Origin: Rhizophagus irregularis
Lineage: Eukaryota
Reading direction: 5' to 3'
Assembly (NCBI RefSeq): GCF_026210795.1
Contig: NC_089432.1
Location: 3,100,001 to 3,164,000 of the forward strand
DNA length: 64,000 nt
The first letter of the stretch is position 1. Each line of letters starts with the position of its first letter. The position numbers and the translations under genes are program-made. Below, piece after piece: positions 25,856-36,934 of the stretch. The notes under the pieces were generated by a model. It was not told the origin of the DNA and did no database searches. It saw only the letters and a list, made by a program, of their open reading frames with translations.

Positions 25856-27015
25856 TAGTGCTCCTACCGGGTCAAGTCAGGTCGGGTTTTGAGGAAATAT
25901 TCAACCTGATCTGAATAAAAAAATATAAGACTCGTATTTATTCAGGTCTCATATTTTCGTAACCCAACCCTTGACTCGACCGAGTATAATTTAACTCGTG
26001 TAATTTGGGTTAGACCCGAACATTTAAGTAAAATGGGTACTAACTTATTATATTATGTGAGATTTTCTTCTAATAATAATAAAATTAATTTCCTTTTATT
26101 TGAAAAAAAGGCAACTTAGTGATTAACCACTAGTAGCCACCTGAAATTTGTATCATGAATGGTTATACAAAACATGTAACACTAGCTCTTATTTTTCTCC
26201 TAGGCTAATTAACTAAAATAAAATTAAAATACGAATTTTGAACCTGGTTTAATATAATAAAAGTCAAAGAATTAGGCAAAATAATTAGCAGATATTCAAA
26301 TCAAAGATAAATTGGAATTCTAAAGCTATCAGAAAAATATTATTCTCAAAAGCTAAAGGTTAATTTTTTTATTTTTCTGATTAAGCTATGTTAATATTTG
26401 TTAAAACTAATTCTTGGCTTAATTTTGGCCAAAATTATAATTTTGCCAGAATTAAAAACATCCGGGTCAAACCCAGGTCAAGGAAATTTATAACCTGACC
26501 TGGCGGGTTGGGTCATGCGGGTAAAGATGTAGTATGTAATTGATAATTACTACCTTATGTTGTAATAGTAAGGGTTGCAATCTATTACTACTTTTAAAGT
26601 TAAAGTGTTGTAATATTACAACACTTATGATTATTCAAAAATTTTCTTTTTGAAAAATAAAAATTACAAAAATAAGTTTTTATAGAATAAATATCATCAT
26701 AAAAAGAAATAATTAATATATTAATATACATATTTGTATAATTAAAAATAATTACAACACTATATAATAATTACAATTTTAATAGTATTATAATACTATA
26801 TAATAATTATAATATTGTATTGCAATTACAACAAAAGTGTTGTATGTATGTTGTAATAGTTGCAACCTTACAACCTTCTAAAAATAATTACATATCACAT
26901 CTTTACATGCGGGTCATGCGGGTCACGGGTCATTAAAAATCGTTAGTACTGACCCGATTTAAATGTCAAGTCGGGTCAAATTAACCCGGGTCGACTCGTA
27001 TCATTCGGAGCACTA
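25856..27015. mobile_element. Non-autonomous hAT MITE containing a nested MITE
   Basis: TIR TAGTGCTCC / GGAGCACTA; exact 8-bp TSD CGCTTTCT (25848-25855, 27016-27023); CGGGTC/GACCCG subterminal repeats. Confidence 0.92.
26522..26905. mobile_element. Nested hAT MITE (384 bp)
   Basis: TIR TAAAGATGTAGTATGTAATT / AATTACATATCACATCTTTA; exact 8-bp TSD CATGCGGG (26514-26521, 26906-26913); TTGTAA/TTACAA repeats. Confidence 0.92.
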
Positions 27016-28302
27016 CGCTTTCTCTGTTAAAATAAGTAGGACGAATCTATTAGTGAACTAAAGAAAAGAATTTTCCGCAGACAAGTTCAAGCTATGGAAG
27101 GTGGCGATCGCAACAATCATTTAAGGAACTGAAATTAGTGGCGAAGGGTTAAAGTCAGATTTCTTGGTACGGATTTTATATTTGCAAAAAATTATAATGA
27201 CCATGTAATATTTGTGGATGAAGAAAAAGATTTCGAAGGGGTAAAAGTATTGATGGTATGACCTATATCAATTATCACGATAAAAAGAACAGTATTATAG
27301 TTGAAGAAAAATATATTGATATTATGAAGCAATTATTTAAGTTACATATTACACTAAGTTCACATTTACATTGAAATTTGCTAATTTTCCTTACATAGTA
27401 AAATAAAAGTATGAACAAAAAATGATTTATCTGCTAAATAAATAAATGAATAATTAAATATACCTAATAATTAATAATTGTTAAATCATTGCCCCGATAA
27501 TTTAAAACCATAGTTTGGTAACAGTAAGATAAAAAAGATAAAATAAATTTGCCAATTTTCCGACTGGTCATGCAAGGTCGCAAGGTAGAGACAAATAAAA
27601 AACGTGTAATCATCGTAATGCATGTAATGTAACACAGAAAAGCTTTGAAGTTGATACAAAAACCAAATGATTAACAATGGCGTAATATTCTACTATGCCC
27701 CTTTTAGAACGTAATAAGATTTAATAACTCTGATTTTGTATTATATTACATATATTACATGTATTTTTCTTATGTGTGTTTTTAAAATTTATTTTTTTGT
27801 TTTTTGTCGCCACCTTGCTTGATTGACATCAATTTCAACTATTTTGATTCATGCACTACATGGCCTTTGACCAACAACAACATTAAACAAAAATGTAAAC
27901 GTGAGGCGGAAGTTGCAAATTTCCCTTATATACTTCTATGTCAAGAGACTTAATCATCATTTTTTTCATTCAGATTATAAACGCCAAAATTAAAAATTAA
28001 CACATAATATTGTCGCACGAGGATTTGTAGAACATTAGAGTATAAATATAAATATATCCCACTATTATGGTAAAAAAAAGGTCCGTTCTTTATGTCATTA
28101 TAAAGAAACTAATAGTATTTAACTGGTAATCTTTATTGTCTAGTTTGAATGATTTTTTAATTGGTTAAATTCTAACCGGAAAGGACTTATTGTACTTTAA
28201 AATAATTTCTATCAATGATTTTATGTAAGTCCTTTGAAAAAATAGTCATTTAAATTTTCATTTAAATTTTCAACAACATACCTATTGCTATTTATAGATT
28301 TA

Positions 28303-29050
28303 TCCCTTAAACGGTAAGACACTGCAGGCAAATTTGCCTGCAATTTTACCGAAAATTCAGTTCTCATTTAATTTTATAAAAAACGAAGTTATTTTAATAA
28401 AATTTTTTTTTGCAGAGCTTAAATCTTAATTTATGTGACAAAAATTATTATTTGTTAATTTCATATTATAAAAAAAAAATTGAAGATTAAACTATTGGTC
28501 AAAAGTTGTATTTTTTAGATGACAAAAAATTTTGAAAAATTTTGCATTCAACTTTGACGATCTCATTGGAATTTGATTATGGCTATATTAAAGCTTAATA
28601 GAATATGTAGATTTGCTATGGGGAACAATGTTTATTATTATGATTTTTAATGTTTAGAACTGGCAATTTGACTTTACATAGAACCCTAAAAAAAGAATTA
28701 TTTTTGTGAACTTGTAAAAAAATGCAAAGTTAAATTTTATCATCTCTATTTTGTTCATTAGGGTTTGAAGTTTCATAATAAAAATAAATAAGTATATTAA
28801 AATGCTTTGTAATGAAGCAGAATATTATGGTAAAGAAAATTAATTTATTATATAAAATTTCCGATGTTATTTTTTCTGTCTAATTTTGGTGATTAGCCAC
28901 ATATCGAACCATACAATTGATGCTAAGAATGTAGATCAATATAACTGCGGAATTATAGGATAATCCAAATCATATTGACAAAGTTTGTATTTGGATATAA
29001 TTTATTTTAAAAAATTGCAGGCAAATTTGCTTGCATTACCGTTTAAGGGA
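28303..29050. mobile_element. Non-autonomous TIR element (~750 bp), superfamily uncertain
   Basis: TTATCCCTTAAACGGTAA / TTACCGTTTAAGGGATAA inverted ends; subterminal palindrome TGCAGGCAAATTTGCCTGCA at both ends (one mismatch on the right). Confidence 0.85.
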
Positions 29051-29435
29051 TAAGACATTTATGTAATCAAATTTTAAAAAAATTTGATTCGCTTTAATAA
29101 TAAAACGTAATATAATACAAAAATTGTAAACCATAAAATTCGTAGAAATATTCCAGAAATTGAAATTTTTAAATTTGATAAAATAGTTTTTCCCGTCATT
29201 CAAGAAGTTTCTAAATTTAGTTTATGCCGAACTCTGTTTATACAGTTGCGGTGATTGCAAAACTTGGCAGCTGACCACAACTTACACAAATAAAGCTTTT
29301 GTTCGCCTTTCATTTCATTTGTTACTTTCTCCTTTTTGTTTTGAATACGTAATAAAGGCAATAGATATTTAGATAATATAAATAGATTATGCCGGCAAAA
29401 TATGAAAAAAGAAAAAAAAATAAGGAAAATAAAAA

Positions 29436-29915
29436 ATGTCCCTTAATAAATATCAAATTTTTCCATTGGCAAAAAATTCAGACTTATTTAAAAACGATAT
29501 TGAAAATAATGAAAATACAAATATTTCAATAGATTGGATTGAGGATGCCATTAAAAAAAAATAATATTATATCACGACTGGAACTACAAGAGTATCTAAT
29601 TTTCAGGTATAAGATTTATTAAATAAAAAAATGATAAATAGATACAATTAACTAACTAAATTAAATTGAATTATAGATAATTTTCAAGAAGAAGAATCAA
29701 CAGAGATTTTTGTTGAGATTGAAAATACGTTAGAAAGGGCACTGCAAACCATTCGGGAACAACATGCATTATCAAACATTCGATGGGCAAAGTCTTTTAA
29801 TAAAAATACAGAAGATGTTAGAAAGATAGTTAATAATATTAATAGATATAATAATAGAATTACCAATCCAAAAACTTGGAAAGAACATAATAATAATACT
29901 ATGTTTTATGAGTAA
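29436..29915 (+). pseudogene. Chimeric relic: kinase-like 5' start joined to a Mutator-transposase-like C-terminal exon
   Basis: MSLNK...ISIDWIEDAIKKK* then, after a GT-AG intron, ...LERALQTIREQ..NIRWAKSF..RITNPKTWKEHNNNTMFYE*; family resemblance is from recollection. Confidence 0.4.
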
Positions 29916-30968
29916 CGTATGTATTGTACAGTATATACTTTCGTTTAGAATGTTTTTTTTCTTCTCGTAATTAATGTATGCTGCTCCTATAAAATAAACA
30001 GTCAAGTTTTTCTTAAAAAAATGCGAAAAACAAATTTATCAAATTCATTTATTATATTACCTTGTTCTTTTATAATTGTCTTAGAAAAAAAAGGAAGTTT
30101 TATAAGTTGTTATAAAAAAAAAACTTCCTTTTTTTCTAAGTTGTTATGAAAAAAAACTCACTTTTTTTCTAAGTGTTATACGGTCGTTACGCATTTGTGA
30201 CAATCAGTATCAACGTATTACAAATTTCAATGTGATGATAAAATGTGATGTGACAGAGAAAAAATCACGTGATCGCCAAATTTTTGTCGTTGCATTATCT
30301 TTTTTTCGTCAGCCTGGGGCAAATAATGAACTTGAAAGAAGTCCTGCTAAATAATGAAATTCAAAGAATACGCACTGAAAACGAATGGATAGAATGATGC
30401 AATATCACAATGTAAGCATCATGCACGTCACAGTCCGCAGTCCGCAGTCCATATGATTCATTGCAGTGACGTTCATAATAACCTGCGCCTCATTTCTTCT
30501 TCCGTAAGTCGCAAATGTACAATATATTATCTGATGAGATCGGACTTAGTCTTGGCACATTAACCAAGCCTATATCATCACAGAACAAATCCAAGAAAGA
30601 CTACGATGGATAAAATAATTTTATGGCTCGAGAGAGAAGGGAAAAGGATAATTAGTTTTGCAATCAGTAGTAGCAACGATGATGACGAAATTAGCAATAG
30701 TTAGTATGTAGTAGCGCCATTACTTTTACATACGTAAAAGCGTCTAGGGGCGGGCACATTCCTCCCTTGAAACATCCGCTACTCCGATATCTTTTACATT
30801 TACTTTTATTTTATTTTCCGCAAGTGTTCATATTAAACATAAAGGAAAAAGAATGATTTTTCATTGATTTTATGATGTAAATTTATTTGTTATGTAGCTG
30901 AAATATAAAATAATTATATAAATCGAAGAAAAAAAATCTTAATTTGTAAAGTAACATAAGAATAAAAA

Positions 30969-31499
30969 CTAATTGCTTAAAAGATTTTTACTTTTCACAT
31001 CTTTATACATTATATACTTTAGTGCTTTTTCAACACGATCATCATTTCCTTCATAATAATCTTTCAAAAAATAATGGCCGGAAGCTGGTGACTTAGTAAT
31101 TTGAACTAATCCTATAAAAACTGTACGTTTTCCACCATTATCAGCACTAGCATACATGAAATAAAATCCTCCAGTGATAGGCTTGTCTACATTATCCTCA
31201 CCGCATTTAATATCTATATATTTATATGTAAAAGCAGAACCTTCGGTATCGAACAAGCTTTTGAGATTTGATTTAAGAATTTCTTTAGGTTTCTGATCAA
31301 GATAACTGAAATGATTTTCACCGAAACTGGCGGCATTGTCTTTTTGAATAACATGAACACCTGATGCAACTTCTTGTGAAAAAGAGCCACCACAAGAAAA
31401 CCCATGTGCTTTACACTTAGTATGAGTTATCCAATTGAGGTCTTCCTCCATATTTTTGAAGGTTGATATTTCATCCTGTGCTTTTTTTTCTAACGCCAT
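30969..31499 (-). CDS. Hypothetical 176-aa protein, single exon
   Basis: Clean ATG-TAA ORF with A-rich start context (caaATGG) and normal amino-acid composition; no recognised domain. Confidence 0.75.
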   Translation of the reverse strand: MALEKKAQDEISTFKNMEEDLNWITHTKCKAHGFSCGGSFSQEVASGVHVIQKDNAASFGENHFSYLDQKPKEILKSNLKSLFDTEGSAFTYKYIDIKCGEDNVDKPITGGFYFMYASADNGGKRTVFIGLVQITKSPASGHYFLKDYYEGNDDRVEKALKYIMYKDVKSKNLLSN

Positions 31500-31600
31500 T
31501 TGAAAATATAACGAAAGATATTTAATGTATAGAAATCAGGAAAAAAATGGATTAAGAAAAATTCCTGTCTATTGGATCTTTCATTTGCTCGGATTTATAT

Positions 31601-31864
31601 TCGCGCAAAAGATACCATTTATTCCTATTTAAGAAATAATAAAACGCAGTCTGATTGTCTGAATCATTTTGTCGTCGCAAAAGAGAAATAATAAAGTGCA
31701 GTCTGATTGTCTGAATCATTTGTCGCGCAAAAGATACCATTTATTCCTATTTAAGAAATAATAAAGCGCAGTCTGATTGTCTGAATCATTTTGCCGCACA
31801 AAAGATACCATTTATTCCTATTTAAGAAATAATAAAGCGCAGTCTGATTGTCTGAATCATTTGT
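31601..31864. repeat. Four-copy ~71-bp tandem repeat directly upstream of the 176-aa gene
   Basis: Unit cgcaaaagataccatttattcctatttaagaaataataaagcgcagtctgattgtctgaatcattt; copy 2 lacks ~20 bp. Confidence 0.92.
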
Positions 31865-32451
31865 GTGACATTATAATTTTTTCCCCAAAAAATGTGCCGA
31901 TAATGTTGATAATGCCTTTTTGGTTGTATATCAGATCACATTAATGTGTAAATCGCTCATGATTTTGAAAGTGTAATACATGTTACAGAAAAATTCTAGA
32001 TGAACTGCAAGACACATGAATATGTGAAAAAGATGTATTGTCGTATTGTTCCAGATAAATAATAGAATTGGTAAGTTTAGCGACGGCTTCACACCAATGT
32101 AGGTGGGCCAAAAACACCCCTAGGATTAGTGCACCCATCGAGGGTTCCAAGACATACTGCAGTTCCAAGATCTAGAATTACATCAAAAATTCCGAGAGCT
32201 ATATCTTCATCCGCAACATCAAGACCTGCAACACCTTGCACATTATTTTTTGCGTATTAAGTGACAAAGCTATATAATTCCAGTGTAATAATAGCAAATG
32301 CTTGTGATAGGGTTAAGATTCGTACACCAAATCGGCCGGTAGAAGTGAATGAATCGACTTGAATCGTAGCTTTCTTTGCACAGGTTCGAAATTCAGGGGC
32401 AAGACTTAACTACACTATCTGTAAGATTGCTTGATGACCTAGGCTTTTTTA

Positions 32452-32712
32452 TTACCCTCTCTTCACTTCGAGAATCTGAATCTGGCTTCTGCACCTCCTC
32501 CAATAACCATGAAATATGCCTGAGGACTCTTTCAACGTTATCCCCATGTTCTTACTATCATATACAGCAGTTACCGGCTTCGACAGTTTGAATCTTATCC
32601 TGTCCTGATCATCGAGCGAGCACTCCATAAAATACCATTCTTTTGCATCTGTGATAATTCCGAAGGTCCTGCCCGTAAACACACTTTCTTCCTCCATCTC
32701 ACTCGCCTTACG
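32452..32712 (-). pseudogene. C-terminal fragment of a CRN-associated nuclease-fold-like protein family
   Basis: RKASEMEEESVFTGRTFGIITDAKEWYFMECSLDDQDRIRFKLSKP; 5' part absent, frameshift near the end; family is from recollection. Confidence 0.55.
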
Positions 32713-33357
32713 TTGAAGGACATTTTTTAATACGAGCCCTTAAATATTGAATAAATTAGTTTTATTGTATATGTTCTATGTAAGCACTGGGCATTTTTCA
32801 CGTATGTTATTGATCACTTTATAATAGCGATACATAAATTTTGGTCAATTTACGCTACTCTATCATGTGGCCTTCGGTAAATCAGTTATCATCTACAACA
32901 TGACTGATAACATTTTCCAGATAATCATGTAACACAATAGTTTTCTAAGCTACTAACTATATTTTGATTAACTAACGATGCATGCCCCCCTTGACCTTTG
33001 AAAAAAAGTTTTTTTTCAAAAAAAAAAAAAAAGATTGCATAGTTACGCATAGGGATGGCAACGGTCGGTCATGGTCGGTTATTGGTCGGTCATAACCGGT
33101 TAAGGGCCTTTGACTGACCGACTGTTTTGGCTGACCGTTTTGGCTGACCGTTTAACCGACCGTTTAACCGACCATTTAACTGATCACTTTTTTTCTTTTT
33201 AACGAAGAAAAAACGTTAAAAAGTATAATTTAATCAAAAAAAAACGTAATTAACTTTTTTTATTGATTAAGTTCGTAAAAAAAAGATTTAAGTGAATATA
33301 TTTGGCTAAATAATCAGTTAAACGGTCAGTTAAACGGTCGGTCAAATGGTCGGTTAA

Positions 33358-36300
33358 TATGGCAAGCCGAGCTGGACTAAACTATCAGGCATTGGGCGGG
33401 TGAAAAATCAAGCATGGATTGACAAAATGTTACACCGTGCCTGACATTTTACCTGTTCATGCTTGATATTCATCTGTACGTGCTTGATGGTTTTATCCGA
33501 CCATGCTTGACATTTTTATCCGTCCATGCTTTATGTTTTTATCCATCTGTGCTTGATATTTTTGTCCGTCTGTGCTTGATGTTTTTGTCCAACTGTGTTT
33601 GATTTAATCCAACTATACTCGATAATTTTATCTTTGTCAAAAATTAGTTTCTTTGTCAGCACAGGGTTGATATTTTGTCGGTCACATGTTTTTAAGTTTA
33701 GCGTAGTTTTAAAAAAATTTTTTTTTTTTTATTGGCTTTTTTTTATAAACAAATTTTGTAGAGAATTTTTATTTTTAATATAGGCAAAGGCTTTGTTTGA
33801 TAGATTTCTTTGGGAATTTTTTTAATAAGATTTTTTTTGGTAAAAAATTTCGTTAGAAAATTTTTTTAACAAGTAAGATTTTTTTTTGATGATAATTTCG
33901 TTAAAAACTTTTATTTGATAGAAATTTTATTGGAAAATTTTTTTTTAATAAGATTTTTTTTTTTGACATATACTTAATTTGTTGGAACAATTTTTATTAA
34001 CAGGAGAGATTTTTTTGAAATTTTTTTTTTTTAGTAGAAAATTATTTGAAGAATTTTTTTAATAGGAAAGATTTTTTTTTTGATAGATAATTTCTTTACT
34101 AGAAAATTTTTTAACAAGTGAGATTTTTTTTTGATAGAGAATTTCGTTAAGAATTTTTTTTTAATAGGAGGTTGATAAAGAATTCTTTTGGGAATTTTTT
34201 TAATAGATGAAAGTATTTTTTGACGGAGAATTTTATTAGAGAATTTTTTTTTTTTTGATAGAAATTTCATCATAGAATTTTTTTTTTAATAGGTAAGATT
34301 TTTTATTTTTGATAGATCATTTCGTTAGTGTAAATTTTTTTAATAGGGGAGATTTTTTTTTTGATATAGAAATTCTTTTGAGAATTTTTTTTAATAAGGT
34401 GGTAAGAATCTTTGAATTTTTCTTTAATCGGAGATATTTTTTTTGATTGAGAATTTCATTAGAGAATTGTTTGTTGAAAGATTTTTTATTTTTTTGATGG
34501 AGAATTTTGTTTAGAAACCTTAATAGAAAATTTTATTGAAAATAGTTTTTTTTTAATAAGGGTATCGAGAATTTTGGCTTGAAATTTTTTTTTTTTAATA
34601 AAGAATTTCATTAGGGATCTTTTTTTTTATAAAAAATTGATTGAAAATTTATTGGAAAATTTTTTATTAAATTTTACAATTTTAATAAATTTTTACTCCT
34701 CTTCATCTTCCTATCACTTCTTTTAATCTTCCATCGCTCCTTTTCGTCTCCTATCACTCTCATCGCTTCTTTTCGTCTCCCATCACTTCTTTTCGTCTCC
34801 CATCACTCCTTTTCGTCTCCCATCACTCCTCTTCGTCTTTCATCACTTCTTTTCATCTCCCATCACTCCTCTTAATCTTCCCATCACTTCTTTTCGTCTC
34901 CCATTACTCCTTTTTATCTTCCATCACTCCTCTTCGTCACCCATCACTCCTCTTTGTCTCCATCACTTCTTTTCGTCTCCCATCACTCCTTTTCGTCTCC
35001 CATCACTCCTCTTCGTCTTTCATCACTTCTTTTTGTCTCCCATCACTCCTTTTCATCTCTCATCATGTCCTATTTCTCCTTTTTGTTTTCTATCACTTCT
35101 CATTACTCTTTTTTACTCCCTTTCATCTTCTATTACTTTCCATTACTCCATTGTTATTTTATTTTTTTATTAGCATCTTTTTCCTTGATCATTGTAATTT
35201 ACTTATCTTTCTTATTTATTGTTATTGTTTCTTTTATTTGTACACTTCAATAAAAATAAATATGGTGATTTTTTTCTTTAAAATCGTAAATGTGACTTAA
35301 ATTTTAATATTTGTAAATAAAATTTCATTAAATAAGATTACTTTGAATAAATATGCAAAAAAAAATTTAAAAAAAATATCTTTTGCAATAATAACTGAAC
35401 AAAAATTAGATACATATTTGGAAAAAAAAAATCCAGGCGATGAATCGCCCAGGCGACGTTTTAGCAATCCCAATTTTTATTTACTATATATATTAAAAGT
35501 ATTTAAAATAGTAGATTTTCAAAAATTATTATTAATGATAAAAAGAAAACCACTTCAAACAAATTTCTGCTATATACTTTTTTTAAAGTTAACATTATTA
35601 ACTTTTTAATTTATGTCGGCTCATGTGGAGCTTTACTAGTATATAAAATTTGCTTAATTTACTATGCTATTTAGGATTCTATCATAGTTTTTTTTAATTT
35701 TATCTTAATCTTATTAATGTAATTTAATATTCTTTTTAATTTTATAAAAAAGATCTCTAATGAAATTCTCAATCAAAAAAAATATCCCTGATTAAGAAAA
35801 ATTTCTAGCAAAAATCTTCCATCAAAAAACACATTTTCCCTATTAAAAAAAAATTCAAAGATTCTTACCTATTAAAAAAAAAATTCTCAAAAGAATTTCT
35901 ATCAAAAAAAAAACTTCCCTCTTATTAAAAAAAAAATTCTTTTCCGAAATTTTATATCAAAAAAAAAAATCTCTCCTGTTAAAAAAATGCCTAACGAATT
36001 GATCTATCAAAAAAAAAATCTTATCTATTAAAAAAATATTTCTATGATGAAATTTCTATCAAAAAAAAAATTCTCTAATAAATTCTCCGTCAAAAAATAC
36101 TTTCACCTATTAAAAAAAATTCTCAAAAGAAATTCTTTATCAAGGAAAACTCCCTCCTATTAAAAAAATATTCTTAACGAATTCTCTATCAAAAAAAATC
36201 TCATTTGTTAAAAAAATTTCTGACAATTATTTTTATCAAAAAAAATCTTTCCTATCTAAAAAATTCTATGAATTCTCTATCGAAAAAAAAAATCCTGTTA

Positions 36301-36934
36301 AAAAAATTGGTCCAACAAATCAGGTATGTCCAAAAAAAAAATCTTATTAAAAAAAAATTCTCCAATGAAATTTAAATTTTTTTAATAAAATTATCCATCG
36401 AAAAAAAAACTCAGAAATGTCCCTATCAATAAAAAAAATTCTCTGACAAAATTTTTTATCAAAAAAAAAAGTCTTTTTATTAAAAAAAATTCCAAAAGAA
36501 TTTTATCAAAAAAAGCCTTTGCCTATAATAAAAATAAAAATCTCTATAAAAATCGTTTATTAAAAAAAAAGCCAATAAAATAAAAAAAAAAATACTTCGT
36601 GTAAAAACTATGCTAAACTTAAAAAACGTGATTGACAAAATATCACCCCTGTGCTGTCAAAGAAACTAATTTTTGACAAGATGAAATTAAAATCAAATAC
36701 AGTTGGACAAAAACATCAAGTACAGATAGATAAAACCTCAGGCACGGACAGATAAAAATACCAAGCACGAACAGATAAAAATATCAAGCACGTACAGATA
36801 AATATCAAGCACGGGACAGATGAAAATCAAGCATAAACAGGTAAAATGTCAGACACGGGGTGACATTTTGTCAAGCCATGCTTGATATTTTATTGCACAA
36901 TGTCTGATAATTATGTCCAACTCGGCTTGCCATA
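33358..36934. mobile_element. Foldback-type non-autonomous element with ~1.1-kb inverted arms; IS3EU-like termini
   Basis: Ends TATGGCAAGCCGAG / CTCGGCTTGCCATA; 6-bp TSD GGTTAA (33352-33357, 36935-36940); arms ~33358-34470 and ~35750-36934 align by eye. Confidence 0.88.
34695..35065 (+). repeat. 20-bp pyrimidine-rich minisatellite (CATCACTCCTYTTCGTCTCC), roughly 18 copies
   Basis: Visible 20-bp periodicity; 34801-34860 nearly repeats at 34981-35040. Confidence 0.9.

Larger units (their letters stand above)
25811..27130 (+). pseudogene. Crinkler (CRN)-like N-terminal domain gene split by the 25856 MITE
   Basis: MSITLFCFIKNN before the insertion; AFSVKISR..SISELKKRI and FKLWKVAI after it (LWKV-type CRN motif), with frameshifts. 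Confidence 0.65.

Noticed and set aside
30525..30600. Hammerhead ribozyme core (CTGATGAG)
   Set aside because: No stem II followed by GAAA, and no closing stems
31601..31864. CRISPR-like array
   Set aside because: Units are contiguous near-identical repeats without unique spacers; eukaryotic context, no cas genes
34954..35253. 99-aa ORF with SHHSFSS repeats
   Set aside because: Translation of the 20-bp minisatellite
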